From Salisapilia sapeloensis CBS 127946 (Eukaryota; Protista; Oomycota): 64,000 nucleotides of DNA. A model generated the notes under the pieces. That model did no database searches and was not told the DNA's origin. It was given only the letters and a program-made list of their open reading frames with translations. This document shows positions 1-9,938 of the stretch, piece by piece. Position numbers and translations under genes: made by a program. The stretch lies in assembly GCA_023334545.1 (NCBI GenBank), contig JAADVB010000003.1:114317-178316 (forward strand), given 5' to 3'. Positions within the stretch are counted from its first letter, which is position 1. Each line of letters begins with the position of its first letter.

Positions 1-205
1 GACCTCTTGGTTGTCGTATTCGGCAGGACTTGGAAAGCCGGCTAAAGCAGACGAAGCTCGTTCTCCCATCGTCCGACTTGGCCCCGCATCCCTCGGCGGA
101 CCATCGATTAAGCTTATAAAGACCTGTACAAGCCTTTGTAGACTAGTTCTTGTACTATCCAAACCACTAGCAAAGACGTTTGTTTGTATTGGCATATAAA
201 TCAGA

Positions 206-3200
206 ATGGATGAAGAACTCCTTCGTGCTGTGGACAGTGCTGTTGATCATGTCGACGACGAGTACGTTACCGATGAGGAGCTTGAGCTGCAAGATCTCGA
301 GCCTGATCGTCGCCATTCTGTCGCATCGTCCGCTTCGTCTTCACAACGTGCTGGTCGTCCGAGCGTAGCAGATCGTCCAACGTCTTCAGCCCAGATGAAG
401 CACCGAGGCAGCGTTACGGAAGGAAAGTCGTCTCGTCGAGCCAGTATGATCGACTCAAGCTCGAGAAAAAGTTCACAAAGTCGTTTATTAGCCGGAACAG
501 CAGCTTCCGACCTCAAGCGCAAGTCGAGTATGTCGGAGAATGAGCCTCCGAATCGTTCTCAAGCTACAAACCCATCTCGTCGTCTCGGTACGACATCTAC
601 GCGTCGTCCAGCCACTGCCAAGAGCAAGCCTGTCTCGGCTGCAGAAGCTCGACGCGCCTATGATCAGTCCTTACGCCAGCGTCTCGAAGGCGATCGACCT
701 CGATCAAATAACGCCACGTCTCGCATTCGTTCTCAACCGAGCAATCGTCGTGCGAGCTTAGCGTCATCTACTTGCTCGACCGAGTCGAATTCCTCTACTT
801 CATCGATCTTCCCATCGTCTTTGCCGTCGAAAGGCGGTCGATACGCCCAAGCTCGTCGTGCATCTGTCGCACCTGAAGAGCGTAGTAGTCATTCAATACA
901 GGATATGAGTCCAGAGGCTGTGAAGCAGCGGCATTCGTTAACGACGCAAGAAGTACAGGAAGCGATTGCACGTGCCCAACGCGCCAAATCATCGACGAAT
1001 CCGCGTGTACAGGAGCGAGCGACGGAGCGTGTGCAAGGTCTTGTGCAGGAGATGGCTGACAGTGGTTCTGCTCTCGTATCTGCTTTTGACAGTCTCCAGA
1101 CGCGTAGTCAGCGTCTGGAAGAGGAGCTAGGCGAGTCTTCCACGACGTTGGAGAATCTCCGTAGGTCGGTGAAGGACAGAGATGAAGAGATTCGTCGATT
1201 GAGGGAAGAAAAACGACAGGAGAAGGTTGCATCGAGTGCCAAGATGGCGGAAGAAGCCGTGCAGGAAGTGGATTCATCTGCTTCTGACCTGAAAGAGATG
1301 GTTTTAAAAGCTTCCGAACGGATTGAAGAGAAGTGGAAGGCTCGCGTTGCGAAGATGAAGGAAGATTTTGAAACGCAGTTGACGAAAGAACGGGAGAAAA
1401 CGTCTGAATCCGTTCTCTCGACCTCGCGACTAGTTACCGAGACGAAACAGGAGAAGGAGGATGCTCTCCAGTCGTATAAAGAAGAGAACTCGACGCTTTT
1501 GAATCAAAAGAAACAACTGGAGATTGATCTCGGTGCCGCGAATCGCGAACTGGAGTTCGTCCGATCGCAATTGAGTAGTGATGATGCTGCTCGAAGTGAT
1601 GATGCGCATAGCTTTTGGCAGCGTACGACGGACTTGGAGCGTAAGAATCGAGAGCTGAATGAAGAAGTGACGCGATTGACGCAGCAAGTGACGAAGTTGA
1701 CGCAGCACGAGAGTGCGATGCGGAAGGCTGCGCAGGAGCTACGTCAGGAGACTGCAGAGAAGATTAGAGCTGCCAAGGAGAAAGAGGCGGAGAGGCTGGC
1801 GATGCAAGAAAAGTTGAGCAAGGTCGAGCAGGAGGTGAGTGTCGAGAAGGACAAGACGCAGCAGTTGGAAGTATCGAATGAGCAGCTCACAGCGGAGAAT
1901 ACGGCTTTGTATGCGCAGATGGTAGCGCAGCAGACTGCGCATGAGAAGGAGTTGGAGGACGAGAAGAAGAGATCGGAGCGTCGGCAGTTGGAGCTAAACG
2001 ATGAAGTGAGGTTGTTGGAGCAACATAATCGCGTGATTAAAGAGTCTAGTCACGTCCCGACGAGTGACACTGCGTCTATCGCGACTGACATGTCAGATAA
2101 CGTTAGCGCTAGTGACTGTAATGAGCCGAATGTCGAGTTGCAGGAGGTGACGACGGAGCTACTGCAGGCGAGACGTCAGTTGTCGGAGAAGAGTCATCAG
2201 ATCACGAGTCTCGAGCAACAGATTGCCGAGAATGAAAAGGTGCGACGCAAGTTGCATAATACGATCCAAGAGATGAAGGGTAATATCCGTGTGAATGTTC
2301 GTCTACGTCCGTTCTTGCCTGGCGATGGCGAAGCGACAACGCCTTCAATCATGTGTGATCCGATCGGATCGACCTTGTCGACTCGAACTGAGACGCCACA
2401 TACGTTTGCATTTGATAAAGTGTTTGGTCAGAGTCATGACCAGCAGCATGTCTTTGATGAAGTGAAAGACTTTATCCAATCTGCGCTGGATGGGTATAAC
2501 GTTTGTATCTTTGCATACGGACAAACCGGATCGGGGAAGACACATACGATGCAAGGGAGTGGGAAGAATCAGATGCGTGGAATCATCCCTCGATCCATCC
2601 AACAGATTATTGAGAACTGTCGGGAGCTCGAGGAACAAGGATGGACGTATACGCTTCACGCGTCTTTCTATGAGATTTATAACGAAACGATTCGAGACTT
2701 GTTGACGTCGGAGCAGGATCAAAAGTATGCCATTCGAACGGATGCCAAGGGCCGGAATTATGTCGACGGATTGGTGCGACAAGAGATTAATCTCGAGGAT
2801 GCACAGCAAGAGGTGGAGAACGTCATGGGCACGGCGGCGAGAAATCGGTCGGTCCAGAAGACTGATATGAATGCCCATTCGTCCCGTAGTCATAGTATCT
2901 TTTTGTTGTCGATTCATGGCGTGAATGACGTTCAAGGGACGGAGATGGAGGGAACGTTGAATCTCGTGGACTTGGCCGGGAGTGAACGACTCGGTCGGTC
3001 GAAAGCGACGGGCGATCGACTTAAGGAGACACAGGCGATTAATAAAAGTTTGAGTAACTTGGCGAATGTCTTCCAGGCGCTCGTGAAGAAGACGACGCAT
3101 GTGCCGTATAGGAATTCCAAGCTCACGTATGCACTCCAGCCAGCTTTATCAGGCGACGGGAAGACGTTGATGATGGTGAATCTCTCGCCGACGGAATCGT

Positions 3201-3337
3201 CGATTGAAGAGAGCTTGTGTTCACTCCGGTTTGCCCAGAATGTGAGTCAATGTGAATTGGGGACACCTACGAGGCAGATTAAGATGCAGTCGAACGGATC
3301 GGCTGCGTCGAGGATGCGAGGGTCAAGAGTGCGTTAA
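206..3337 (+). CDS. Kinesin-14 family (KIFC1/Ncd/Kar3-like) C-terminal motor protein
   Basis: 1043-aa single ORF: basic disordered N-terminus, long coiled coil, C-terminal motor with KGNIRVNVRLRP neck, GQTGSGKT P-loop, SSRSH, DLAGSE, HVPYRNSKLT. Confidence 0.95.
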   Translation: MDEELLRAVDSAVDHVDDEYVTDEELELQDLEPDRRHSVASSASSSQRAGRPSVADRPTSSAQMKHRGSVTEGKSSRRASMIDSSSRKSSQSRLLAGTAASDLKRKSSMSENEPPNRSQATNPSRRLGTTSTRRPATAKSKPVSAAEARRAYDQSLRQRLEGDRPRSNNATSRIRSQPSNRRASLASSTCSTESNSSTSSIFPSSLPSKGGRYAQARRASVAPEERSSHSIQDMSPEAVKQRHSLTTQEVQEAIARAQRAKSSTNPRVQERATERVQGLVQEMADSGSALVSAFDSLQTRSQRLEEELGESSTTLENLRRSVKDRDEEIRRLREEKRQEKVASSAKMAEEAVQEVDSSASDLKEMVLKASERIEEKWKARVAKMKEDFETQLTKEREKTSESVLSTSRLVTETKQEKEDALQSYKEENSTLLNQKKQLEIDLGAANRELEFVRSQLSSDDAARSDDAHSFWQRTTDLERKNRELNEEVTRLTQQVTKLTQHESAMRKAAQELRQETAEKIRAAKEKEAERLAMQEKLSKVEQEVSVEKDKTQQLEVSNEQLTAENTALYAQMVAQQTAHEKELEDEKKRSERRQLELNDEVRLLEQHNRVIKESSHVPTSDTASIATDMSDNVSASDCNEPNVELQEVTTELLQARRQLSEKSHQITSLEQQIAENEKVRRKLHNTIQEMKGNIRVNVRLRPFLPGDGEATTPSIMCDPIGSTLSTRTETPHTFAFDKVFGQSHDQQHVFDEVKDFIQSALDGYNVCIFAYGQTGSGKTHTMQGSGKNQMRGIIPRSIQQIIENCRELEEQGWTYTLHASFYEIYNETIRDLLTSEQDQKYAIRTDAKGRNYVDGLVRQEINLEDAQQEVENVMGTAARNRSVQKTDMNAHSSRSHSIFLLSIHGVNDVQGTEMEGTLNLVDLAGSERLGRSKATGDRLKETQAINKSLSNLANVFQALVKKTTHVPYRNSKLTYALQPALSGDGKTLMMVNLSPTESSIEESLCSLRFAQNVSQCELGTPTRQIKMQSNGSAASRMRGSRVR

Positions 3338-3418
3338 GATGAAGAGATCGTTGGCAAGTCTTTTTGAAAATTCTGGATGAAAAAATAGTTTGCTACATGC
3401 ATATCGTTTTTCTTATGT

Positions 3419-3682
3419 CTATTCGTCCGTGCATTTGAGGTAAAGGATCATGCGCGTAAAGTAGGTGAGCGTGCAGATGGCGCAGATGACGAGCGTGATG
3501 ATGAACGCACCGGAGCCTTCGGGTCCAGACGGTATCGCACCTTTGCTGTCGTACTTGTCGTTCGAGTAGCCATAGTCCAAGGCTAGCGGGAGTCCAATGG
3601 CCCAGAAGAGCGCGTGCGTCGCGATGAGGTTGAATGTCCAGCCGTAGTTGTCGTTGAGGTAGCCACCTAGTGTCTTTGTCAT
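3419..3682 (-). CDS. Small hypothetical membrane protein, 87 aa, two hydrophobic segments
   Basis: Clean ATG-TAG ORF with two TM-like stretches ([21 protein letters not shown]; [18 protein letters not shown]) and an Inr/FPR-like motif just upstream. Confidence 0.6.
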   Translation of the reverse strand: MTKTLGGYLNDNYGWTFNLIATHALFWAIGLPLALDYGYSNDKYDSKGAIPSGPEGSGAFIITLVICAICTLTYFTRMILYLKCTDE

Positions 3683-3689
3683 GCTGTCT

Positions 3690-3706
3690 AGAATGAAGGA
3701 ATGAAC
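3690..3706 (-). promoter_or_regulatory. Inr/FPR-like core promoter element
   Basis: Minus strand GTTCATTCCTTCATTCT a few nt upstream of the ATG at 3682; resembles the oomycete Inr (YCAYTYY) plus flanking motif. Confidence 0.45.
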
Positions 3707-3773
3707 AAAGAGACGGAAGTGTGGGTTTTGAAACGTCTTTCAAGGCCGTTTCTATTGAGATTGGAGGTTGGAT

Positions 3774-4734
3774 CTAGTCTCGTTCACTGATAGCAGTCAA
3801 GTGGCCTTCCACCTCTTGCTCGCTCAACTTTCGGAACCTAGCACATGGATTAGATGCATGTGGTCTATAGATAATACGGAAGATAATACCTCTGTCCTTG
3901 GGAGATGACGCCGACTTCGACTTCATCCGGACGGAAATCGGCGGATAGAACGGATTGGAGACACGTGATGGCCGTGTGGAGCGTTGTTTCATCGTCCATG
4001 GCCGGGTCGGCCTTGATCTTCTTCTCGAGGTAGTTCTGCGCCTCCTGCTCTTTCGATCCAGCCGACGTGGCCTTGTAGCCCCAGAAGTGGCCGGCCGGAT
4101 CGATCTTGTACAGCTGAGGTCCCTTTTCGTCGTCGTAGCTGATGAGCATCGTGATGACGCCAAAGGCACGCATGGACGCGTGCTGCGTGTACACTTGTGC
4201 GACGTCAGCAATACGCTTGGCGAGGACGTGGCACGGCATTTTGTATCCGTATTTGAACTCGAACTCGTGCGCTTCGTGACGAAGACGCTGGACTTGCGCT
4301 TTCGAGTCAGCTAATAAGGACGAAATAGACCGTTAGGATTGATATAGAGTAGATTGAGAGATGATAGCGTACCGTATAGGCCAGTCATGAGGCATCCGAT
4401 CTCGGGCGTGATGGAAAAAATGTTCGTGACGGACTCCGGGTCGATCAATTTGTCCTAACGCATGCAGTGAGCATGTAGATCCATTGATATCTTGCCTATG
4501 AGTATGGTACCTGCACTTTTTTCTGCGTGACAAAGGCGCAGCTCGTTTTCCCACGAACAGCGACGGACGTCAGGCCACTCTCCTTGGCAGCCTTGAACGC
4601 GTATTCTGTCCATTCAAACTTTACTTGAGACGATGTATATTGCTAAGACGACGTCTGTCGAACGTACCGATCTGATAGAGTCTCCCCTCAGGTGAGAAGA
4701 TAGTAATATGTCGGTCATATCCTTCCGCCGCCAT
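3774..4734 (-). CDS. PSMA6: 20S proteasome subunit alpha-1 (alpha type 6), 5 exons
   Basis: Spliced by hand through 4 canonical GT-AG introns: [28 protein letters not shown]...[27 protein letters not shown]...HLTAISERD*. Confidence 0.95.
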
Positions 4735-4922
4735 GACAATTTAAGCTGCTTCTTCCGTTCTTAAGATCTTCGTCTTACGAAATGGACTTGTCTTTTTAAA
4801 CTAAAACGTTACAATTAGGAACGAATTAACCATTCTAGGCTACAATTCGAAAAAATACTTTGAAAGGCTACATATCGATAGAAGACAAGTCTATTCGTTC
4901 GAATGGAGAAAAACGACTAAAC

Positions 4923-6599
4923 TTAGTGGTTGATGAAAAAGGCTTGGAGCAGACCGATGAGTAGGCCGAGGACACCACCCATGAGTACCAACTTCCACTC
5001 GTCTTCTTGAAAGACTGGATGTAAAAGCTGCTCAAACTCTTCGGAACTGATGCCCTTCATCTTTTCTCGTAAAGTCGTCTCGAGATCCAAAGCTTCCGTC
5101 GCATAGTCCTCAATCTGTCGAAGACTGTCTGGGAATTTATCCACAATATGATTCGTCACGTCGTCCTTGATGTTCATGTACGTATCTTCTCCGATGCTCA
5201 TGTTCATAATACGCTCCGTCGTCCTCGCACTGTCGTTGACAGCGTCCTGGACATTGTCGTACACGAGTTCAAACAGGCGATCTGAGTACGGACCTTTGAG
5301 GATGGCTTCGATGATATTATGCGACGTCAAGACCTCCGACGCGACCATTCGACCGTAGACGTACGACACTTCATTCTGTCGACGTAAGAAGAGACCTTGC
5401 ATGGTGATACCACAGATACGCTTCGGGTTCACGGGGTTGAAGATCATCTTTAACGCCAACCAGTTCGTCAGTGTCCCGACGACGAGACCGACGACGGGGA
5501 AGACGACCATGCGGTCGGTGTAAACGAACCAGAGACCCATCTGCATCAGACCAAAGAGCAGACCCATGTACGCACCAGCGTTTCGGATAAACGACAGCTC
5601 CTTGTAGCCACAGACGAGGAACATGTTCACGAGAAGTTGCGGGTCTCGCATCATGTTGTGCACGACCATGTCTTCGAGGTCAAAGACGTCTTCGATATTA
5701 TTCCGGATTTCATTCATCAGCGCTTCGATGTGTGCCGGAGCTTCTTCCTTGACTTTCTGAATGATCTCGTCTTTCACGCGGGACGGTAGGACGTTCCAAA
5801 GGTCCGGATTGTACTTGAGGGCCATGTCTTCAATGATATCTTGGATCGTATTGAAGAGAATGGGCTCGAGCACTTCCACCACACGACCTGGTTCGACGCG
5901 CGAGAAGACTTCCTTGATGCTCAAGAGCTTCTGCGTCATGATCTGACACGTCTGTCGAGCCATCTTCTCTCCTTTAAACGGCACAATGCCTTGCCAACCG
6001 AGACCGGTGTTTGTGCCTGGAATCTGGAGAACACCGAGGTAGTTGAGAGGGTAAAAGGTCATCCAGAGCGCGAGCCAGATGTGGATGTACGTGAAGGCAA
6101 CGCAGACGAGCGGGATAGACCCGTACTTGATCAATTGCTCGGACGAGATACCAGCGTCTTCTAGTGGATCTTTCAAGGCAGTAAAGCATAGGATAGCAAC
6201 GATAATGAATAGAACGAGTAGGATGCCGATAGGTATCGTCGGAAGTTCAATCACCGGTGGGAACTTGGCGGCTTTACTCTTGCCATCCTTTTTTTTACTA
6301 TCGCTCTGATTTTTATCCGTTAGCGGGACAAAGTCCGTCACGATACCAGGAGACGATAAACCTTCTTCTGTCGCGACTTGTGCCATACCTAAGAGAGTAA
6401 ATCGACAACTTGTCGCGAGTTCCTGTGGTTCGATCTGCGCCCATCGTGCCGGAGCAAAGTGAATCACTTCGTCCCCAGAGAAATGCCGCAATTGTGGTGC
6501 AAGAGGAGCAAAGCGTCCGTTCTCGAACTTGCGTAGCCAGTCCTCGAGCTGCGCAGCGCCCCAATTCGCTGGATTTACCAGCGCTTCTTGCTTGGCCAT
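4923..6599 (-). CDS. DUF445-family membrane protein with N-terminal SAM-like extension
   Basis: GWQGIVP, TNWLALKMIFNP, GLFLRRQNEV and C-terminal LHPVFQEDEWKLVLMGGVLGLLIG match the DUF445 pattern; N-terminal NWGAAQLEDWL segment is SAM-like. Confidence 0.75.
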   Translation of the reverse strand: MAKQEALVNPANWGAAQLEDWLRKFENGRFAPLAPQLRHFSGDEVIHFAPARWAQIEPQELATSCRFTLLGMAQVATEEGLSSPGIVTDFVPLTDKNQSDSKKKDGKSKAAKFPPVIELPTIPIGILLVLFIIVAILCFTALKDPLEDAGISSEQLIKYGSIPLVCVAFTYIHIWLALWMTFYPLNYLGVLQIPGTNTGLGWQGIVPFKGEKMARQTCQIMTQKLLSIKEVFSRVEPGRVVEVLEPILFNTIQDIIEDMALKYNPDLWNVLPSRVKDEIIQKVKEEAPAHIEALMNEIRNNIEDVFDLEDMVVHNMMRDPQLLVNMFLVCGYKELSFIRNAGAYMGLLFGLMQMGLWFVYTDRMVVFPVVGLVVGTLTNWLALKMIFNPVNPKRICGITMQGLFLRRQNEVSYVYGRMVASEVLTSHNIIEAILKGPYSDRLFELVYDNVQDAVNDSARTTERIMNMSIGEDTYMNIKDDVTNHIVDKFPDSLRQIEDYATEALDLETTLREKMKGISSEEFEQLLHPVFQEDEWKLVLMGGVLGLLIGLLQAFFINH

Positions 6600-6831
6600 G
6601 ACGAAGAATGCTGACTATCGCGTCCGAAACGGTTGATGTCAACTACCTATACAAACATCAAGTGACTTGTGCTGGACAGTCTATCTTTCATGGGTAGTGG
6701 CTACTTGTAGCATTTCGTAATCTTTATCATTTGTAATTGTCGAAAGTGGCTATTTGAAAGTCGAAAGGAGGCTAGATCGGAAAGATTCGAGAAGACGGAC
6801 ACTTGGAAAAACACGTTGTGAGAGAAGAAGC

Positions 6832-8369
6832 ATGGGCGTCGTCAAGGTGAATGGAGAGAGTGAATGGAACTCCCAGTTGACGAATGCAGGTGGGAAATTG
6901 GTCGTAGTCGACTTTTCAGCTACTTGGTACGTGCTTCTAGTACAAAAGCCATTGGAACGTGTATACTTATAAGATGTAGGTGTGGGCCGTGCCAAATGAT
7001 TAAACCGGTTGTGGAGCAATTGAGTAACCAATACACGGATGTTCTCTTTCTAGAAGTGGATGAAGGATCCAATCGGTCTCTCATCAGTGCACTTGGTGTA
7101 AGAGGCTTCCCAACCTTCCACTTTTACGTCAGTCAGAGCAAGGTTGATGAGCTCGTGGGAGCCGACCAGAACGCTTTGCGTCAGAAGATCGAGCAATGGC
7201 GTCAATCGGCTTTTAACCCCTTCGCCTCCACTGGCACAGCTCTTGGTGGTGGTTCTTCCATCCAGGACGCACGAGAAGCTCGTCTTCGTCGATTAGCAAA
7301 TCTGGAAGCTTCTCAAGCGAAAGAGACTCAGAATCAGCCGAAAGATATTCAGCAGACGGAATCGAAAGCGTCCGAGGACCAGGAGATGGTTTGTGATATG
7401 GAAACCGGTGTCTGTCATGTCCCGGAGCCTGCGTCTAACAAGTCCGTTCCGTCGGACTCGACACCAGAAGTGAATCCGGAACTGATGAGTCAGCTACAAG
7501 AGATGGGTTTCCCAGAGATTCGATGCAAGAAGGCCCTCTTGGCGACCAATGGGCAGGGTCTTGAGGATGCTGTGAACTGGATTGGTGAGCATCAGGATGA
7601 CGCGGACATTGATGCGCCCATCCAGTACCTGGATATGGCGCAACACGCGAAGAAACCATTGACGGCAGAGGAGAAGGAAAAGAAAATTGAAGAACTAAAA
7701 GCCAAGATGAAGGCGAAACGAGCGGAGCGTCAGGAGAACGAAAAAGTGGAATTGACTGAAAGCGAGATCAAGAGGCGACAGACGGGAAAAGGGATGCAAG
7801 AGGCACAGGCTGAGCATGAATCTTTGCGTCGGAAGCGAGATATTGAGATGCGTAAAAAAGAAAAGGAAGATGCGAAGAGAGAGCGTGAACGTCTGCGTCG
7901 AGAACTGGAACGTGACAAGATGGAGCGCAAGGCTCGTGGTGGACGTCTCGGTGGTCCTCCGATCGATCTCCCGAATACCGACGGCGATAACCTTCCGCTT
8001 GAAGCAAAAGAAAAGAAAGAAAAGAAAGAGAAGGAGGTCTTGTCTCCGGAAGAGCAGATGGATAAGAGCTTGGACAAGTTGAAGAGGTACCGTGTCGCGG
8101 GAGACGGACATGCTGCCGTCAAGACACTCGGTGTGTACGTCAAGAACCTGTTGGAGAAACCAGACGAGGAAAAGTTCCGTTCGATCAACCTCGAGAATGC
8201 AGCATTCAAGAAGCGTGTGGGTGGTCTTGTCGGTGGCATCTCTTTCCTCAAGGCACTTGGCTACGAAAAGGACGGCACGACGTTGGTTTTAAGTCTGGAG
8301 AAACGAGATGAAGCGTTGCTAAAGACAGCACAGGAAAAATTGTCGACAGCGTTAACGGAACTGGCTTAA
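6832..8369 (+). CDS. Thioredoxin-UBA-coiled coil-PUB domain protein, 2 exons
   Basis: ATG 6832; intron 6927-6979 splits the W codon of WCGPC; UBA (QLQEMGFPEIRCKKALLAT...AVNWI); PUB (TLGVYVKNLLEKPDEEKFRSINLENAAFKKRV...FLKALGY). Confidence 0.88.
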
Positions 8370-8396
8370 CAAGACTCTTTTTTTTCTACTGGCATG

Positions 8397-9761
8397 TTAT
8401 ATCGAAAAGAAACGACTGAAGAAACCTTTGGACGGTGTCGGTTTTGTCTCAGGTTCCGTCTCGACTGGTTCTTCCTCTGATTCTTCTTCCATTAGAGGTT
8501 GGAATGGACGTGTCGGGATAGGCGGAGACACGACGTCTGTCTGGATACCACTCACAATGATCGATACGTGGACAGTACCGGTACTCGTCGGATCGTACGT
8601 CGTGCCGAAGATAATGTTCGCGTCTTCCGATACTTTGTTTCGAATCGTGTCCATCACTTTGTCCACTTCAAATAGTGTCATGTCCTCACCGCCTCGAATC
8701 GTCACGAGGAGCCCGACAGCAGATTCCGTTGGTAGGTCGCCTAGAAGAGGGTTCACAAGCGCCTTTTCCGCTGCCTTGAGCGCTCGGTCTTCAGCATCAT
8801 CCGAGCTGCCGGATCCCATGAGCGCTCGCCCGGCGTTCGATAAGATGGTCTTGATGTCTGCGAAATCGAGATTGATTAACCCAGGTCGTATGATGAGGTC
8901 CGTCACGCCTCGAACACCTTCTAATAGCACTTCATCTGCGTATCGGAAGGCCTCTAGCATTGTCGTACGCTTACTCGCGAGCGCGAGGAGGTTCTGATTC
9001 GGAACGATAATCAAAGTGTCGACGTGTTTCGCGAGCTCCTGGACACCAGCATTGGCAAGACGTGTGCGGTTAGGACCTTCCGACCGAAATGGCGTGCTGA
9101 CGACGCCGACAGTGAGGATCCCGAGCTCCCTCGCTGTCGCTGCGACAACAGGAGCTGCTCCTGTGCAAGTTCCGCCACCCATACCTCCTGTAATAAAGAG
9201 CATGTTACTATCCGACAGAGCTTGTTTAATCTCTTCTTTCTGTTGCTCGGCAGACTTTTGTCCTAACGCAGGCTTGGATCCGGCACCAAGACCTTTCGTA
9301 ACGTCCTCTCCAAGTGTGATTTTATGTGGTGCAAGGGAACGAGCAAGTGCTTGACAGTCTGTATTGGCCACGACAAACTCTACGCCATCCAGTTGAGCGG
9401 ACACCATGTTATTAACCGCGTTGCTGCCGGCACCACCGAGTCCCATGACTGTAATCAGCGGTCGGCCGTGCTTGTAAGCGGATAAGAGAGGAGAGGATCG
9501 TTTCGATGTTTCCACCACTTCTGGAGTAGATGTAGCTGTTGTTTCTTGTTTCCGGGGACGAGAAGTATTCGTACGCTTGGTACTAGCAGCTTTCTTACTT
9601 CGTGTGCGACTAGACCGAGGTGGCGAGACATCGTCTTGAGCGCCATTAATTTTGCTCGTACTACTTTCCGTGTGCACTCCATGAGCTAGGAATGGAGAGC
9701 ATCGACTCTTTCCGATGTACGTAAGACGTCTCGTAGCAAAAGTACGCGTACAGACGCTCAT
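8397..9761 (-). CDS. ftsZ: FtsZ, predicted mitochondrial division protein
   Basis: ITVMGLGGAGSNAVNNM, VANTDCQAL, GLGAG, GGMGGGTCTGAAP, PGLINLDFAD; R/S/T-rich presequence-like N-terminus from ATG 9761 (the ORF-track start at 9881 is probably too long). Confidence 0.95.
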   Translation of the reverse strand: MSVCTRTFATRRLTYIGKSRCSPFLAHGVHTESSTSKINGAQDDVSPPRSSRTRSKKAASTKRTNTSRPRKQETTATSTPEVVETSKRSSPLLSAYKHGRPLITVMGLGGAGSNAVNNMVSAQLDGVEFVVANTDCQALARSLAPHKITLGEDVTKGLGAGSKPALGQKSAEQQKEEIKQALSDSNMLFITGGMGGGTCTGAAPVVAATARELGILTVGVVSTPFRSEGPNRTRLANAGVQELAKHVDTLIIVPNQNLLALASKRTTMLEAFRYADEVLLEGVRGVTDLIIRPGLINLDFADIKTILSNAGRALMGSGSSDDAEDRALKAAEKALVNPLLGDLPTESAVGLLVTIRGGEDMTLFEVDKVMDTIRNKVSEDANIIFGTTYDPTSTGTVHVSIIVSGIQTDVVSPPIPTRPFQPLMEEESEEEPVETEPETKPTPSKGFFSRFFSI

Positions 9762-9938
9762 GTAGACTAGAAGAGAGGAGATACAGGAATCGATCAGAGC
9801 CGTTCGAGTCTGATGCGTATGTCTTAAAATTATAAATTGCCACTGTTCTTGTATTTTGAATAAAATGTATAGGACGATCACTTAGGATCGTGGCGAGGCT
9901 TGCTGGATGCCATGTTGGAGAGCTTGGATCTATTGGGA

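Noticed and set aside
1-199. ORF 11-199 and an open frame ending at TAA 117-119
   Set aside because: Possibly the 3' end of an upstream gene, but too short and motif-free to call.
9762-9881. Extra N-terminal 40 aa of the FtsZ ORF
   Set aside because: Begins at a non-ATG codon in AT-rich intergenic-like sequence; the first ATG at 9761 gives a plausible presequence.
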